53,920 nucleotides of DNA, filler included, from Sphacelaria rigidula (GCA_964200075.2; 4 parts of 4 records of this genome joined end to end with filler, not necessarily neighbours in it), one strand, 5' to 3'; positions 34,801 through 47,000 are shown, counted from the whole stretch's first letter. Numbers and translations are program-made. The notes: generated by a model from the letters alone, not told the origin.

Positions 34801-37800
34801 GCGAATACCCCGAAAATCCGGGGTATCCGGGATACAGCTGTCAACCCTTACCACATATCAGTTTTATTGTATTATGTTGTAGGGATCGTGAAAAACACGT
34901 CCGTTGTCTCCTCTCCCACGTTTGGATAAAAAAGTTGATAGAAGTGGAGTATGACTATTTGTGTTTTGTGTGTCTTGTGTGTCTTGTGTTGATTGCTGTG
35001 CTGGATTCTTTTGCGCCGCGTTTCGCGTGAAAAATCGCTTTCTGTGTTGCAGAAACTTGCGTGTGTATTCCCCGAGGTACGCATCCCGTGGTGAGGCGTT
35101 TTTTGGCGCTGCACAAGAATCTTTTCCCGCTAAAGGCGCTCAAGGATCTGGATCATAACCGGGTGAGACGTACGATACTCCTACTTGTTGTATTTCCCCC
35201 CAAGATCTTGTTCCGCGTACGATGTGTCGTCATTTGGCGACCGTCGCTTTGAAAGTGCTTGACATCATATTTCCAGGACTTGTCTATTTTATCGTCCTTG
35301 TTTTTAGGGGTTGTTGTACCTCGGGATGAGTCCTTAGTCTCGAGCAATCATCCCATCGTCCCATCATTGGTACTTTGCTTCGTACAGTGTCACACACACT
35401 GTGGGCAATGACAGTAGATGACATCAACACAAAGTGTAATGCGAACAGTATCGAATCTATTGCCCATTGCAATAGACAGTGGACAATTGATCCGATACTG
35501 CACGCAGTTCACTTCGTACCAATGTCGTATGTAGTCATTGTCCAGGATGTGCAGTGTTAACTTTATTATTATTATAGTATAGGACATCGGAATGTTGGAT
35601 TGGCAGCCTCGCAGCCGCATGTCTACTCCCATCGCGGTTTTGGGTGGGGGAGCACGTGACGTTCAATCTCGTGGTGTTAGATGGCAGAATCGCGTACAGT
35701 AGAAGTTATCTGTTTGAGCTGTCGATAGTCGAATCCACGAACTGCGGCGCGGTGACGAACATGCGATCGTGATCGTGTACTGTACTGTACGTACGAGAGT
35801 ACGTTTGTGGCACGGATGCCGTACAATGGAGTTTGGCACAGGCTGGCCGTATGCTCTGCGGGGAAGTCTTCCTGACAGTTTGATCATATTTTGGGAGAAG
35901 CGATGCATGGACTTTTTTGCCGCCTCACTCTTATTTGCAAGCGTGGACTAAAGTGCATGTGGGATAGATGGGCTTCCGATAATGACGCGCTTTTTGCCAT
36001 AAGGCCTGCTTGTTCTCATCTAGTGTGATCGCAGGTGGACTTTCTTTTCGTTCTACGTAGTTTTATTATCATCACTATTCCGCACATTAGCCCGATCTCT
36101 CAACGCCGTGGTCACAGACGTAGGCTTGCCTTTCCAGTACCGTCACTGCTATTCCTTACAGTTGTACGATTTATCTAGAAATGATGGATGTGGCTTATTG
36201 TGATATCGGATCATCTGTTAGTGTACGGCGGTAGGTAGTGTGGTAATGTCGCGGTGTGTGGGGCTATAGTTCGCCGACAAGCGTACAGTAATCAGCATCA
36301 GCTGTTGATGTTCGGCCAACCTTTATTTGTTAATGATCGTAGTTGAGAGCTCTTATACCTGCCATGTGCGCAATCAGCATCGCTTTTGTCTTTGTGCTGC
36401 AGGTCTTTCGCGTGGGGTTAGTAGACGCTCAGAGGCTGGATAGGGTAGGGGCGGCAGCCCCTCTGGTCCTGAATGCCACAGAGGTATGTTCGTCGTACTC
36501 CACAACAGTGTGTTAATCATTCTTGAAATTGTGTGTTATTGTGTATGATATTATCGCTCTCAATATTGGAACGACCCCGGATCATGAACAACAGCATACA
36601 GAACGCTACACGGCATTCCAAGGACAGGAAAGGCTTGAATGTTCAGGTCACAACGTTCTCGCTCAGAAGTTACACGGAGCTACGATAACTGGCCAGTACT
36701 GCACGACCCAAGCCAGGCGTTGAATTTTCATGGCATACCTGTGTATTTACATTCATGCGTCGTACTCTGAAGAGTGTGCAGGTGCAAGGGGAGTGATAAC
36801 CTCGTCGGCGAGTCGGTTGGTGTCGAGGGTGTTTTGCACTGTTGGGTATTCTCGAGGTATTTCATGTCATCGCCACTCGTGACGGCCAGTCGTGAAGAGC
36901 CACAGAAGAGGCGTCTACGCTGCCTGCTATTCACTGCAGGACCAATAGCCTGTACGCCACCCACGAACATTCTTTTTCCGTATCCAAGCCCATGTTTCGC
37001 AGAGAGACTCATCTAGAACGGTAAACCCCTATCTACGAAAGTCGCACATTAAAATGTCTTGGAAGTGAGAAGTGAGTGCTGTTGGAGATCCCATGTTCAC
37101 GGCAGAGCCATCGCAAGTTGGCGTCTTGTGGATTGACGACGTTGAGCGGTGTTATACCCTGTACGTTTGTCTACTCTGCTCGTCTGTTCCACGTTTCTGA
37201 CTTGTTCACTTTTCCTTCAGCGAGTGTTTTTGTTGTGTTTCATCTTGGGAACGTGTATCGTGTGACTATCGCGTGGATGATGACCACGGTAAGACTGGAT
37301 CCCTGGGGGTCAGTTAATGTGGTTCAACCAATCAATCAATCGAATTCGACGTATGGTGGTGATGATATGTATGGCAACATGTGTTGTCGTCCCATTTATT
37401 CTGGGCGCCAGTCTACCCCTTTCGGGGTATGTGGGCGCATCAGCCGGGGTCACACAGGAGGAAGGTCAACACAGGAGCTTTTTTGCAACATCAATGCCAA
37501 AATAGAGAAGAAATGGTGTGTGTGTGGGGGGGGTGCATGTGCGTGTGCGTGTGTTCGATCCCCAACGTTCTAAACTCGTGCACCCAACGCTTTCAACTTG
37601 TTTACTTGATTCGCGTCCCGTGTTTTCCGCGTGTGCAGGTGCACGTAGTGGATCACCACAATGAACAGACCTCGGACATCAACGCCACGGAGGTCATCAT
37701 CGAAAAGGTAAGTGATTGCAATCCCCTTTATTTCGCTCAGAATGCGTATTGTGCTTCAAGTACTTTCGGTGTGTGTGCCTTACCTGGTAAACCCTTCCCT

Positions 37801-39703
37801 TTCCATGCAACGATCGGTGAGGCCTACGATTGCACAGGCGCTTCCTCCTGGGCTCTATGTTCGACGGTACTCGTGTGTTTGTTGTTCGTTGTGCCTGTTT
37901 CGTTCATCTTTCACATGTTTCATCATGCTACATGCAACGATCAGGTAGTTTTTCGCGACTGCTGCATGTGATGTTTGACTTGATGCGGCGTGATGAATCA
38001 CAGGGACGACAGTATAGAATCCTTCGATATTGGGATTACGGCGTTTTGGTCACGGGATGCAGCACACGTAGTGTAGTTGTCTCATTCATCTCCGTAGAAT
38101 CTCGCCGCGAACGCGTACGGTGCTTGCTCGTGGCAAACTAAACAATGCAGCTAAAGAAGGAGCTTCCGCGTGCCGAGTAAAATGATTCACAACAGGACAC
38201 ATCATATCAGGAAGTGTGTGTAGAATGACACGCGAACGCCGGTGTATTTGATGTGTTGTATTCGGGTCTGCCGGAAGCATAAGATAGATGAATAGCTGTA
38301 ACAAATCTCTGCACTCAGCTTAAATCATGATGGACACGCAGTGTGCGTCTGGTTTATGCCGTACAAGCTAGCCGTCGCCCGCCGGTGGTTGAACTGGTGC
38401 TGTACCCTAACGATCAGTCCAGGTGATACAGTACCGCTCAACAGTCACTCAGGTCGGAGGGAAGATTTACGGGTTCGAATCCTGACAGATCGGGTGATAT
38501 TTTTCAACAAAATCTGATTTCCGTCGTTGAATGCGTGAGAACGCTATTATTATGGCAGCAAAGAAATATCAACGACAGTTGACGGGGTGCGTCAGTGTTG
38601 ATACAATTGCGCTATACCAAAATATCAGGCAGGTGCAGCAGGAGAGACGGAGGAAGGGCTTGGTTCATCCCTCGAGACGACGGACTCATGCCAAACCTGT
38701 CCCGAACCGGTCCCGAACCAGGGGAGGGGTTGGAAGCAGGGCGAACGAAGAGAGCTGCGATATCCTATAGATCCACCATTACCCCCGAGTGTGTTTGCGC
38801 GATGATCGCGTGCTGTGTCTTGTGTCTCGCATCTGTGTGCCGGCGCGTGGATACGATGATCACAATAAGCAGGTGGGCTCGGTGTCGACGATCATCACAG
38901 AACGGCTGCAGCTACAGGATTTGGACGTGAAGCCCGCTGAGGCCACTCTGCTGGCGCTCGGCGTGCACTCCGACACCGGATCTCTTACCTTTGACTCCGC
39001 CACGTCGAGGTAACGGCACCGATCAACACGGGGTAGTCTGCTGTTCACGACTCCAGCCCTCTTGTTTGCTTCAAGCGCAGTCATCTTTGTCTGCCCAGGA
39101 TGAAATCATATCCCGGTACTATTGATTGTGTTCCTTCGAGAACGCTAGTGACTTGGTTCCTTCTGCACTAGAGGTCCCAAGAGCGTGGCAGTGCAAGGTT
39201 GACAGTCATTATCTTTGGGCTGCGCAATGTCTTACGAAGCGGGCACATTTTCCGTCGATGTTACACATGTTTTTACCCGCTTGCCGCCTCTAAGTTTCTG
39301 ATCTGTTCGTTCTGGTTGTGAAGTATGACTGGATTATGACGAGTGGGTAGTGTCCCTATGAAAAGTCTCGATGGTCGATGTGTTGTATCAGTTGTTTTTT
39401 GTTTTTTGTTCTATCTTTTTATAATATTTTCTCCTGACTGCTACGAGTAGAGCTGTTTTTTATTCGCTCACCCCCTGCTCTCGGAATTCGTCATCTCTTC
39501 ATGATGGATTTGATTTCACAGAAAGGCGTCTGTTGATGTTGAACGTACCGTCAAGCGTTGGGACTGTTGTAACTCTTTTTGACTCTTGATTCATCAACCC
39601 CTTCTGTAAATTCTGCAAATCCTTGACTGGATCCGCTGCACAGGGATGCCGCGGCGTTGGCTTGGCTGATGGAGCAGGGTGCCAGTCAGCAGGCAATCGC
39701 AGA
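31862..39703 (+). CDS. DHH-family phosphoesterase, similar to the N-terminal DHH module of cyanobacterial DHH-CBS A-adding tRNA nucleotidyltransferases; partial spliced gene
   Basis: Exons (31862-31927 tentative), 32039-32624, 34645-34744, 35053-35162, 36403-36483, 37639-37707, 38873-39009 and 39644-39703 join in phase. Motifs are VVLTHTTADFDTLAAAVGLAKL (HxxxDxD), PRGTHPVVRRFLALHK, VGLVDAQRLDRVG, VHVVDHH, VGSVSTII, ATLLALGVHSDTGSLTF and RDAAALAWLM. The 3' exons were not found before the contig end. Confidence 0.88.
32039..32624 (+). CDS. DHH gene: large low-complexity N-terminal exon (His/Ser/Arg/Gly-rich)
   Basis: Acceptor tgaag|, open frame VGYYPPNALK...HKHHRHHSRSHNHNHSHHRSS...KSPRVKPPLPPPLTQ, donor cag|gtaggt in phase with the 34645 exon. 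Confidence 0.65.
34645..34744 (+). CDS. DHH gene exon (RLNVVLTHTTADFDTLAAAVGLAKLWQKERPED), GC donor
   Basis: Acceptor ttacccag|; phase-1 donor g|gcaagt. Confidence 0.9.
35053..35162 (+). CDS. DHH gene exon (TCVCIPRGTHPVVRRFLALHKNLFPLKALKDLDHNR)
   Basis: Acceptor ttgcag|, donor cgg|gtgaga, phase 1/0. Confidence 0.9.
35401..35545. repeat. Degenerate palindrome (old foldback/MITE relic) in an intron
   Basis: tgggcaatgac...cagtatcgaatctattgcccattg is mirrored by cagtggacaattgatccgatactg...gtcattgtcca. Confidence 0.55.
36403..36483 (+). CDS. DHH gene exon (VFRVGLVDAQRLDRVGAAAPLVLNATE)
   Basis: Acceptor ctgcag|, donor gag|gtatgt. Confidence 0.88.
37383..37480 (+). repeat. Dispersed repeat family A copy
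   Basis: gttgtcgtcccatttattctgggcgccagtctac...gtgggcgcatcagccggggtcacacaggaggaaggtcaacacagg. Confidence 0.85.
37639..37707 (+). CDS. DHH gene exon carrying the DHH motif (VHVVDHHNEQTSDINATEVIIEK)
   Basis: Acceptor gtgcag|, donor aag|gtaagt. Confidence 0.92.
38873..39009 (+). CDS. DHH gene exon (VGSVSTIITERL...ALGVHSDTGSLTFDSATS)
   Basis: Acceptor aagcag|, donor ag|gtaacg, DTG motif. Confidence 0.92.
39644..39703 (+). CDS. DHH gene exon (DAAALAWLMEQGASQQAIA)
   Basis: Acceptor gcacag| in phase 2, donor ga|gtgagg. Confidence 0.88.
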
Positions 39704-40329
39704 GTGAGGCACACCATGGTGGGCTGTACCTTAGGTCACAGAGCGTGATGGAGTATGACACCCCCTTGAGCAAGTTTTGAAAAAGTCACCCCCGATTTTG
39801 TGGCAAGGTGCGGCGGATTCGTAGGTCACCACGACGTTAGGGGTGATGTTGGAAAACATGCCCTCGGGTTTTGTTTGGGAAAACGGGATTTTTATAGGTC
39901 AGTGGCAGAAATATCGTAGAGAAGAATCGAAATTGAAAAATCTTATGATCGTCCCGCGGGTATTTTTGTCCGTCACCTTTTGTGGCACCTACGGCTCTCG
40001 CTGCTTTATTATTTGTTGCCGTTTGTTGCCGTTTGTGTTGGCTTCACTTCATGTCGTGGGCCTTGAGTTTCTGCGCGTTGATGGTAGCGTCAGTGACATG
40101 AAAACAAACTGGGAAGTGTCATTGTCCATTGCTGTTGCTGTCAATGTCCAATGCTCTGGTGACAAGTTAACGTGAGTGGAACGGTCATTGTCCAGGTAGT
40201 TTATGGCAACTGCCATCGATGCTGTATTGAAAAAGTGCGATGAATCCTTTATTGTAGTAAAAGTGCGGCAAATTTTCCGTCGTAGATGCCGCTAATATAT
40301 ATGTCTACCGATTGGCGGTACTACGCCAC

Positions 40330-40410
40330 GCCCCGGTGGTGTAATGGTCCGGATTTCGCCATTGGGGTGGAGAGACCGAGGGTTTGATTCCCGATGCGTT
40401 GGTTTTTTTC
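40330..40410 (+). mobile_element. tRNA-like SINE head or tRNA pseudogene
   Basis: A-box ggtggtgtaatggt, B-box-like ggtttgattccc, and a T-run terminator. Confidence 0.5.
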
Positions 40411-40419
40411 TTCGTAATG

Positions 40420-40519
40420 NNNNNNNNNNNNNNNNNNNNNNNNNNNNNNNNNNNNNNNNNNNNTTAATTAATTAANNNNNNNNNNNNNNNNNNNNNNNNN
40501 NNNNNNNNNNNNNNNNNNN
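40420..40519. other. Artificial contig linker N44-TTAATTAATTAA-N44
   Basis: Identical 100-nt structure. Confidence 0.98.
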
Positions 40520-40649
40520 CGATGGCTATGTGACACGTTCTTGAAACATGCTCATAATGTTGAGAACGAGCAGCTGCTTTTCGCGTTGCGCAAGCATGCG
40601 TCGTCCGGTGGGGTGCATCGCACTGTGAAGCGCGCACTTGTCACACAGC

Positions 40650-41005
40650 ACGTGTATGTCAGAGGGGACAGGCATGAGAGGGCTCTCGCATGAACTGTCA
40701 AGGGCAAGAAGCATGTATCTGTCAGAGGGAACAGGCACGACCGTGCGCTTGCCGAACGTGCAGTAGGTGATGCACGTTTAAAACAATGATACAGGGCAGT
40801 TGCTTGCACTGCGAAAGCCGAGAAACATGTGTCTGCACGAGGGAACAGGCATGACAGTGCACCCGCCGAACGTGCAGTAGGTGGTCCGCGTCTGAAACAA
40901 CGATACAGGGCAGATACTTGCGCTGTGAAAGCCGAGAAACATGTGTCTGCCCGAGGGGACAGGCACGGACAGGCACGATAGTGCACCTGCTGAGCGTGCA
41001 GTAGT
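40650..41005. repeat. 114-bp tandem repeat (~2.5-3 copies)
   Basis: catgt(a/g)tctg recurs at 40712, 40826 and 40940, each followed by gaggg(a/g)acaggca; the first two units continue with ccgaacgtgcagtaggtg. Confidence 0.9.
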
Positions 41006-42480
41006 AGAAACAGCCCGCCCGCGCCTGAATCAACAACGCGGTGCCACTTTGAGGGGCGCGAGGGTGACGACGCAAGTGTCTGTCCGAAGAGACGCACTGG
41101 GCAGCAAGAACAGTGAGAGTACAGGAGTCGGTGCTGAATTAGCAGCCGCTGGCAGTACTGTTGGAAGGGGCGAACAAGTCACATGAATCCTTTGACCGGT
41201 AGGGTAGGTCATCTATACCACGCTGTAATTTGCGAAGTCCAAGTAACTGATGCTGATTTAACAACAGATAACCTATCATGGCGGTCAAATGGTCAAATTC
41301 GTTGCCACTATATGGATTCTTGGTTTGTGGGGGCGGTCAGTTCCCCAGGTTCACTTTTGATCGTGATGCGTTGTGTTGAGCCTTCGTACATACTCATCAT
41401 CCATGTTGCTCTTCGGGCTGAAAACGAAACAAAAAAAAAGTTGTTTAGAAAATCGAACCAGCATCATGCTCATGAAACAGGACAAAAATTTCCTGCCGCT
41501 TTCCACCAACCAGTTGACGGCGAAAATTAGGTAATCTGTTGAAGTGGCATCCATTTCACTCAATAAAAGTATCCATGATCCAGATTTGCTACCGTGCTCA
41601 GTCCATGAGCTGACACAACGCACACAGCTATCACCGGTGCTCATGTACCTTGGCTGTCGATCCACTGATCGTGGCGGCGAAGCCGCAGAAACGCCACGTT
41701 GCGGTTGTCGTGTGCTCAACTATCCTGCTATTTCTGGAGCCTGTTTCGTACAATGGGTCATGTCTGTGATGTTGAACCCGGGGTTGTCCGTGTTTCGGGG
41801 GATATCGATCGCTACTGTTGGTCGAGTGTTATTTACTGTTTATGGAAGACTTTCGCACGACGGGATAGTCTGTCATGTTGATTTGAATCCGTGGTCATCG
41901 TTTACCGTGTTTTGGGGGATATCGGTCGCTACTGTTGGTCGATTGTTGCCTTACTTCTTCCGTTTCTCTTATATATCCACTACATTGCGGGTGTTGCCTG
42001 CTTTGTTATTGCCCACGAAGGAGGGGGAATGAATATTTTATGCCTTTTCAGTTGCTGTTTCTGGACCCTGTTCCGTACGATGGGCATTTCTGCGGTGCAA
42101 TAGTACTGGACTCATGGTTGCGAACACTCGTGTGTGTCCGTCGCAAGTCCTTGTGTCCCTGGGTATCGGGTTACTATTCGTTGCTGTGGGTGGAAAACGT
42201 AAATGAGTGTATTTGTATCTGTTCTTCTACGGTGGAGGTAGTCTTTTGCCCGTTCTACCGTATCGGTACAATCGTCAAAACATCGTTAACCCTCTTCTTC
42301 ATATCCTGCCCCCGGGACACGGGTCTCCATACGCACACAGCGCAATATAATGCACTTGAAGCTATGATCTGTTCCGTCACCTAATGCGAGCAACGATGAC
42401 CGGTCCTCATGTACCTTGTCTATCGATTTCATTGAGCGTGGCGGCGGAAGCCGCCGAACCCCTTGTATATATATATATTA

Positions 42481-43028
42481 CCTGTGAGCATTGTGCTCTT
42501 TTGGCTGAACACCGTCAAAATGACCCTTGCTTCTTGTATTTTGTCAAATAACTGCATCATGTGTGACACATTTTGTATGGGATGCTTTTGCACTTTGGTG
42601 CAGGCTACATCAGGTACCTAATTGGGCACTGGGACACCGACCGGTCCACGGGCGCTTGAGATATTCCTGCCCGGGTTCTAGGATGCTTTCGGTTCCACTG
42701 ACACCGGAGTATAGGACAAAGTCCTCGCGTTAGTACCAAAGCGGTGGGTCTGATGTTTATCCTGCGAGCATTGTGCTCTTTGGTGAAACATCAACATGGT
42801 CTTTGCTTCATATCATTTCGTGGCATCTAAGTGTGTCCCATGTGGTCTATTTCCACAAGATGCGTTGCACTTTGGTGCTGGATGCACCTGTTCTTTCTAC
42901 ATGCCTGGGCACTGAGACACTGATCGGTCCACGGGCGCCTGGGTTTTTCATGTCCAGGTTCTGGGATACCTTCGGTCCCGCTGACACCGAAACAGTATAA
43001 CGTCCTCGTGTTAGCAACAAAGGTGGTT
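42481..43028. repeat. ~280-bp diverged tandem duplication
   Basis: cctg(t/c)gagcattgtgctcttt...ttgcactttggtgc...cggtccacgggcgc...ctgacaccg...gtcctcg(c/t)gttag starts at 42481 and again at 42761. Confidence 0.85.
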
Positions 43029-45481
43029 TTTTATTTTTTGTCCGTCTGGTTGCTCCATCTCCGGTAAAGGTATCTGTCTGCCTAGGAACAACTCGCTCAA
43101 CTTGTCAAATTCCGGTGCTGGCGCTGTTTTTCGCGGGTGATATTTCTTCAAATGAGCGAGATGTACTGACGTTTCTCTAGAATCATCGCCTATTTCGATT
43201 ATGTACACAACCGGCGATCGTCTCTCGGTTATCATGAAAGGTCCTCTCCATGGTAATTGGAGTTTCGGGTTCGGCCTTTGTAGGTCCTGGTATGGTGGGT
43301 ACAAGAGTACCTTTTGACCGGGTTTGAACACTGGGAACGGTTTTTATTTGTTCTTGTCTTCTTGCTCGTTCGCTCCTTATCGTAGAGCTTGACCCGCGTT
43401 TTCAAATCCTCTCCGTAGGTTTTCCCGTGTTTCGTTGGAAAATTCTTTGGGCGTCGCGGTTTTTCCCCGATGCCAAATATGGTAAAAATCTATCGATAAA
43501 AGTTCTGGCTGTGGACGTGGCCTGTCTATTTGGTATTGAAATGAGAAAGACATACCCTGTGCGGTGGACCATTACGGGCAGTACCTATCTATCTAGTACT
43601 CCAGCTTTTTACATCGAAGCTGTTTTTGTACTCGACTAGGTCTGTCGACACTCTCTCGTATGGTCGTCCTACCGGAACGTGTCCCATCGGTACATTCTGG
43701 CCGGTTGACTGACAGCTCTCGGTCACTTTGCACTGCCTTCAAACGGTCGAGCTTCTCAGCTGATATTTGACGGTGATATGTGGTTCAGCTATTTGCAGCG
43801 CGTGGTCTTTTGGCCCGTTATCACATATTTGGGTAAGCGACGGTCTGATTCCAGCTTTTCGTCGCTCTGGAGTAGCGCAAACAGCCGTGAGAGGGTGTCC
43901 GGAATAACATGAAGTTTCTCCGGTTTTTGTCTCTTTTCATTATCGTAAAGTTTTCTCCGGGGTTTACATGTCGGCTCGACGAGTTGGCGATTTGTACCAT
44001 TTCCGCTTTATTCGTCGCCGACTACGTGCATGCTGTCCTTGAAACAATGATGCGCGTGAATGCTTGACGTACATCAAGCGATCGAGTGTCTTCCTCGGTT
44101 ATTATGCGCGGCTCCACGATAGCTATTGTTGTTGTTGACGGGGTATTTTTTCCGTTCCAACTAGTGCTGCCATTTCACTTTGTGGTGGCATACTGCATTT
44201 TTTGTGAGAGAGTGGAGCAAGGTTAGAACATTTCACCCGACTTTAGAACAGTATGTTGTTTCAGTGTGTTGTATTTTGTGAGCCCTGTTGTTTTCGATGT
44301 GATGCTTTGATTTTTATACTGGAATCAGAATGTTCGTTCTTCCGTGTGCCAGTCGAATATAGAGTTTAGCTTTGAAAGCACTAATAATGGAGTTGTCTAC
44401 TAGTAGACAATCCGGCCCCAGATTAGGTAATACAAACGCTTCTGCTGGTAGGGTTTTAATCCCCAACGTAAGCTCGAAATGAATGAACCCTAGGGTTTTT
44501 ATGGGGGAACCGTCCGCGCTTCTGAGATCGATGGTTCCTGGTGGTACTGGTTTTATATCATCAGCTGCCATGATGGCCTGGTGTTCATCTATGAACATTT
44601 GCTGATACACGGTACATCTGCTGCGGAGTCGATTGTAATTTTTTTCAGCGAGGGTACCGTTTACTTTGGCTGCGACTCTAACGCGGGCTGATGCACAGGA
44701 TAGCGCTAGGGATGCACTTCTGTATACCTGGCGGGTGATGATGCGCTGTATGAGTCATAACAGTGACCGTCCAAGATCGGGTTGCAAAGGGGAGACTGGT
44801 GTTTCGATTTGGAATCAAGAGCCCCTGCTTATGACATCGCTGTTCTTCTGACTGCCAGTTGAACATGTGTCAGCGCCAAACGTAAAGTTACCGATTCATT
44901 GGGGGTACGGCGGAGAATGTAGCATGATGAGAGCCTCAACAAGCTGAGCTTCAATTTCGACGATGATGGCCCTTTGTGTGGTGTGTTGCTTTTTCCACGG
45001 CTGCTCTGACGGCTGCCTAGGAACCAACTCTCATCGTGCTCTTTTCAGCTTCTGCTCCTAGTATGTACTTTCACACCACAACTGAGGGTTGTTTTGGTGC
45101 CCCTCTGGAGGAGTGAGTTACTGTACTGACCAAGAAACCCGCATTCCTCCGATGTGTTTTCTTCACCAGACGGTTGACACTTTTCTCTATTTCATGCGTG
45201 ATGACGTGCGGGATCTTGAACTGTCTGTATTTTTCAACTTCTCTCAGCTTGTGGGCTGGGATGCGGTAAGATCATTCGATACACCTCCTTCTTTCGCTCG
45301 CTACATGCTAGGGAATGACAAGGTCGTGCATTCGCAGGTTGGGTAACTTATTTGTTAGTGCTATTTCGAGTCGCCGCGTTTCTAGAGGTCGGCCTGCTTG
45401 GATAATTGCCGTGCGTTTCGCGCGATGGTGGTGAAAGGTTGGTTTATAGGTGTGGTTTCGCTGTTTAAAATTAGCCATTCT

Positions 45482-45650
45482 GGTGACATATAATGCACGC
45501 TGACGAGATTAATTTCGCGTTTTCGCTGTTCGACTAGCCATACAGGTGACATATACTGCACCCTGAGGAGTCTAACTTCGCGTCCCGCTCTTTGATTAGT
45601 CATGCGGGTGACATGTAAATGCACATTGAGGTGGCTAATTTCGCGTTGAT
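45482..45650. repeat. 63-bp tandem repeat (3 copies) in the gypsy leader/gag region
   Basis: ggtgacat...tgcac...ctga/ttga...taa(t/c)ttcgcgt recurs every ~63 nt. Confidence 0.8.
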
Positions 45651-45832
45651 CCAAGCACATGACTCCAATAGCCTCCCAACTCGAATAACTATGCACATGA
45701 CCCATACGTTTCACCTGGAGTAGCGTTCCTTGGGGGACCCTAGTATTTCCGGTGTCGGGGAGCAGTCGGTTCTCGTTCCAATTTTTTACTTCTAAGGCCT
45801 TTCTTGCTTCAGTTCTGTTCTGGTGTCGCCAG

Positions 45833-46181
45833 TGTGAGGAAGGCGTATCGCTAGAGTGGTCAGAGACCTACGGGGGAGACTACCGTCCTGATGCCGAAGG
45901 AACTCCGACGCTGGCGGTGATTTCCTCTTGTGTATGTAGGCAAGAAGGGGTCAGACTAGAAGTGGTCGCCAGGGGCGACCAGGACCTCTGGGGATGTTGG
46001 ACCGTCCTAATATTAGGCTCTTCCTGGCATCACCCCGAGCTGTCTAGTTACGTCGGTATTACAGGGTCCTCGGTAATCTGGTCCTTCCGGACCGCTCCTA
46101 CCTTGTCCCTGCTTGCGCTGGTTCTTCATGCATGTGTGGCATCAGTCTCTGATATGTCACCGCAAAGAGGTTTCCTCCACA
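45833..46181 (-). repeat. 5' LTR of the gypsy element (349 bp) with adjacent PBS at 45820-45831
   Basis: Inverted TG...CA termini tgtgaggaa...ttcctccaca. A tRNA-3'-complementary TGGCGACACCAG lies 1 nt from the LTR end on the minus strand. Confidence 0.72.
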
Positions 46182-46229
46182 ACATGTGCCGATACAAAAC
46201 ACCCTTCAGTTATCGTCTCGACACCAAAG

Positions 46230-46545
46230 TTAGTTGCGTGGAAAATTATTCATGTTTCGATCCTTTTTGTTTTGTCCTATGTAGCTATTGGTAAGCTCAT
46301 CGTCCAGGACTGCGGTGTACTGATGTCAAATGACACCGGAAAAGCATGCTTCTTTGTAAGTTTTGACAAAAACATAATCTGAGACTAGGCGACTTTTTAT
46401 ATTTGAAGCATAAGGCTGTCATATCCAGTGTCAGCTGGCGTCAGTACTTGTACAGTGTCGTCCTGGACGATGAGCTTACTAACAGCCATGTACAAAAAAC
46501 GAAAATTGGCGAATGAAATTACGTTTTTCCAAACCTAGTACAACT
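46230..46545. mobile_element. Foldback/MITE-like element
   Basis: Perfect 20-bp inverted repeat gtaagctcatcgtccaggac (46291) / gtcctggacgatgagcttac (46460), with degenerate symmetry on both sides. Confidence 0.7.
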
Positions 46546-47000
46546 ACGGTACCATAATGTATCGCCGAGTAAGCTGCTGCCAGTCCGAGATGGCTTTTTA
46601 CCAGCATGGCAGCAAACATGTTGAAGGTGATTACAGTTTTGACGAATATTCCGGATCAGAGGCTGCCGATCCTTGAAACGTCTTGAAAACCCAGGGATTG
46701 AGCTTTAATCCCCGCATAGAGTAGCGACAAGGTGTATTTTTAGCCAGCAAAATCCATGACGAGCGCAGTGATGTTTGAGAGGGCCGATGATCTTTCCGAA
46801 GACCGGTGAAATGATCGCACACAACAGACTGCCTAGAACAGTTCCCCTTTTGCCTGCACCAGACCCCGTAGTACGGAGCTTTCAACAATATTCGAGTTGG
46901 CGAGCCGTTCCTCAAACCCGTGCCAGCGTCGCAATAGGCGATGATGGCATGTAAAGCACTGGGAGATTAGATGCTGACATTCATATTGCCCATAAGTGAG

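Larger units (their letters stand above)
43029..46181 (-). mobile_element. Decayed, internally deleted Ty3/gypsy LTR retrotransposon
   Basis: In minus-strand order: LTR 46181-45833; PBS tggcgacaccag; protease relic KITIDSAADVPCIS...LRSADGSPIKTLG (~44640-44330); RNase H end KLHVIPDTLSRL (~43920-43880); integrase C-terminus FKPGQKVLLY...PNPKLQLPWRGPF...SVHLAHLKKYH (43331-43030). Confidence 0.85.

Noticed and set aside
255..39703. Functional cluster of KAP3, Ku70 and the DHH nuclease
   Set aside because: Each gene lies on a different contig joined artificially
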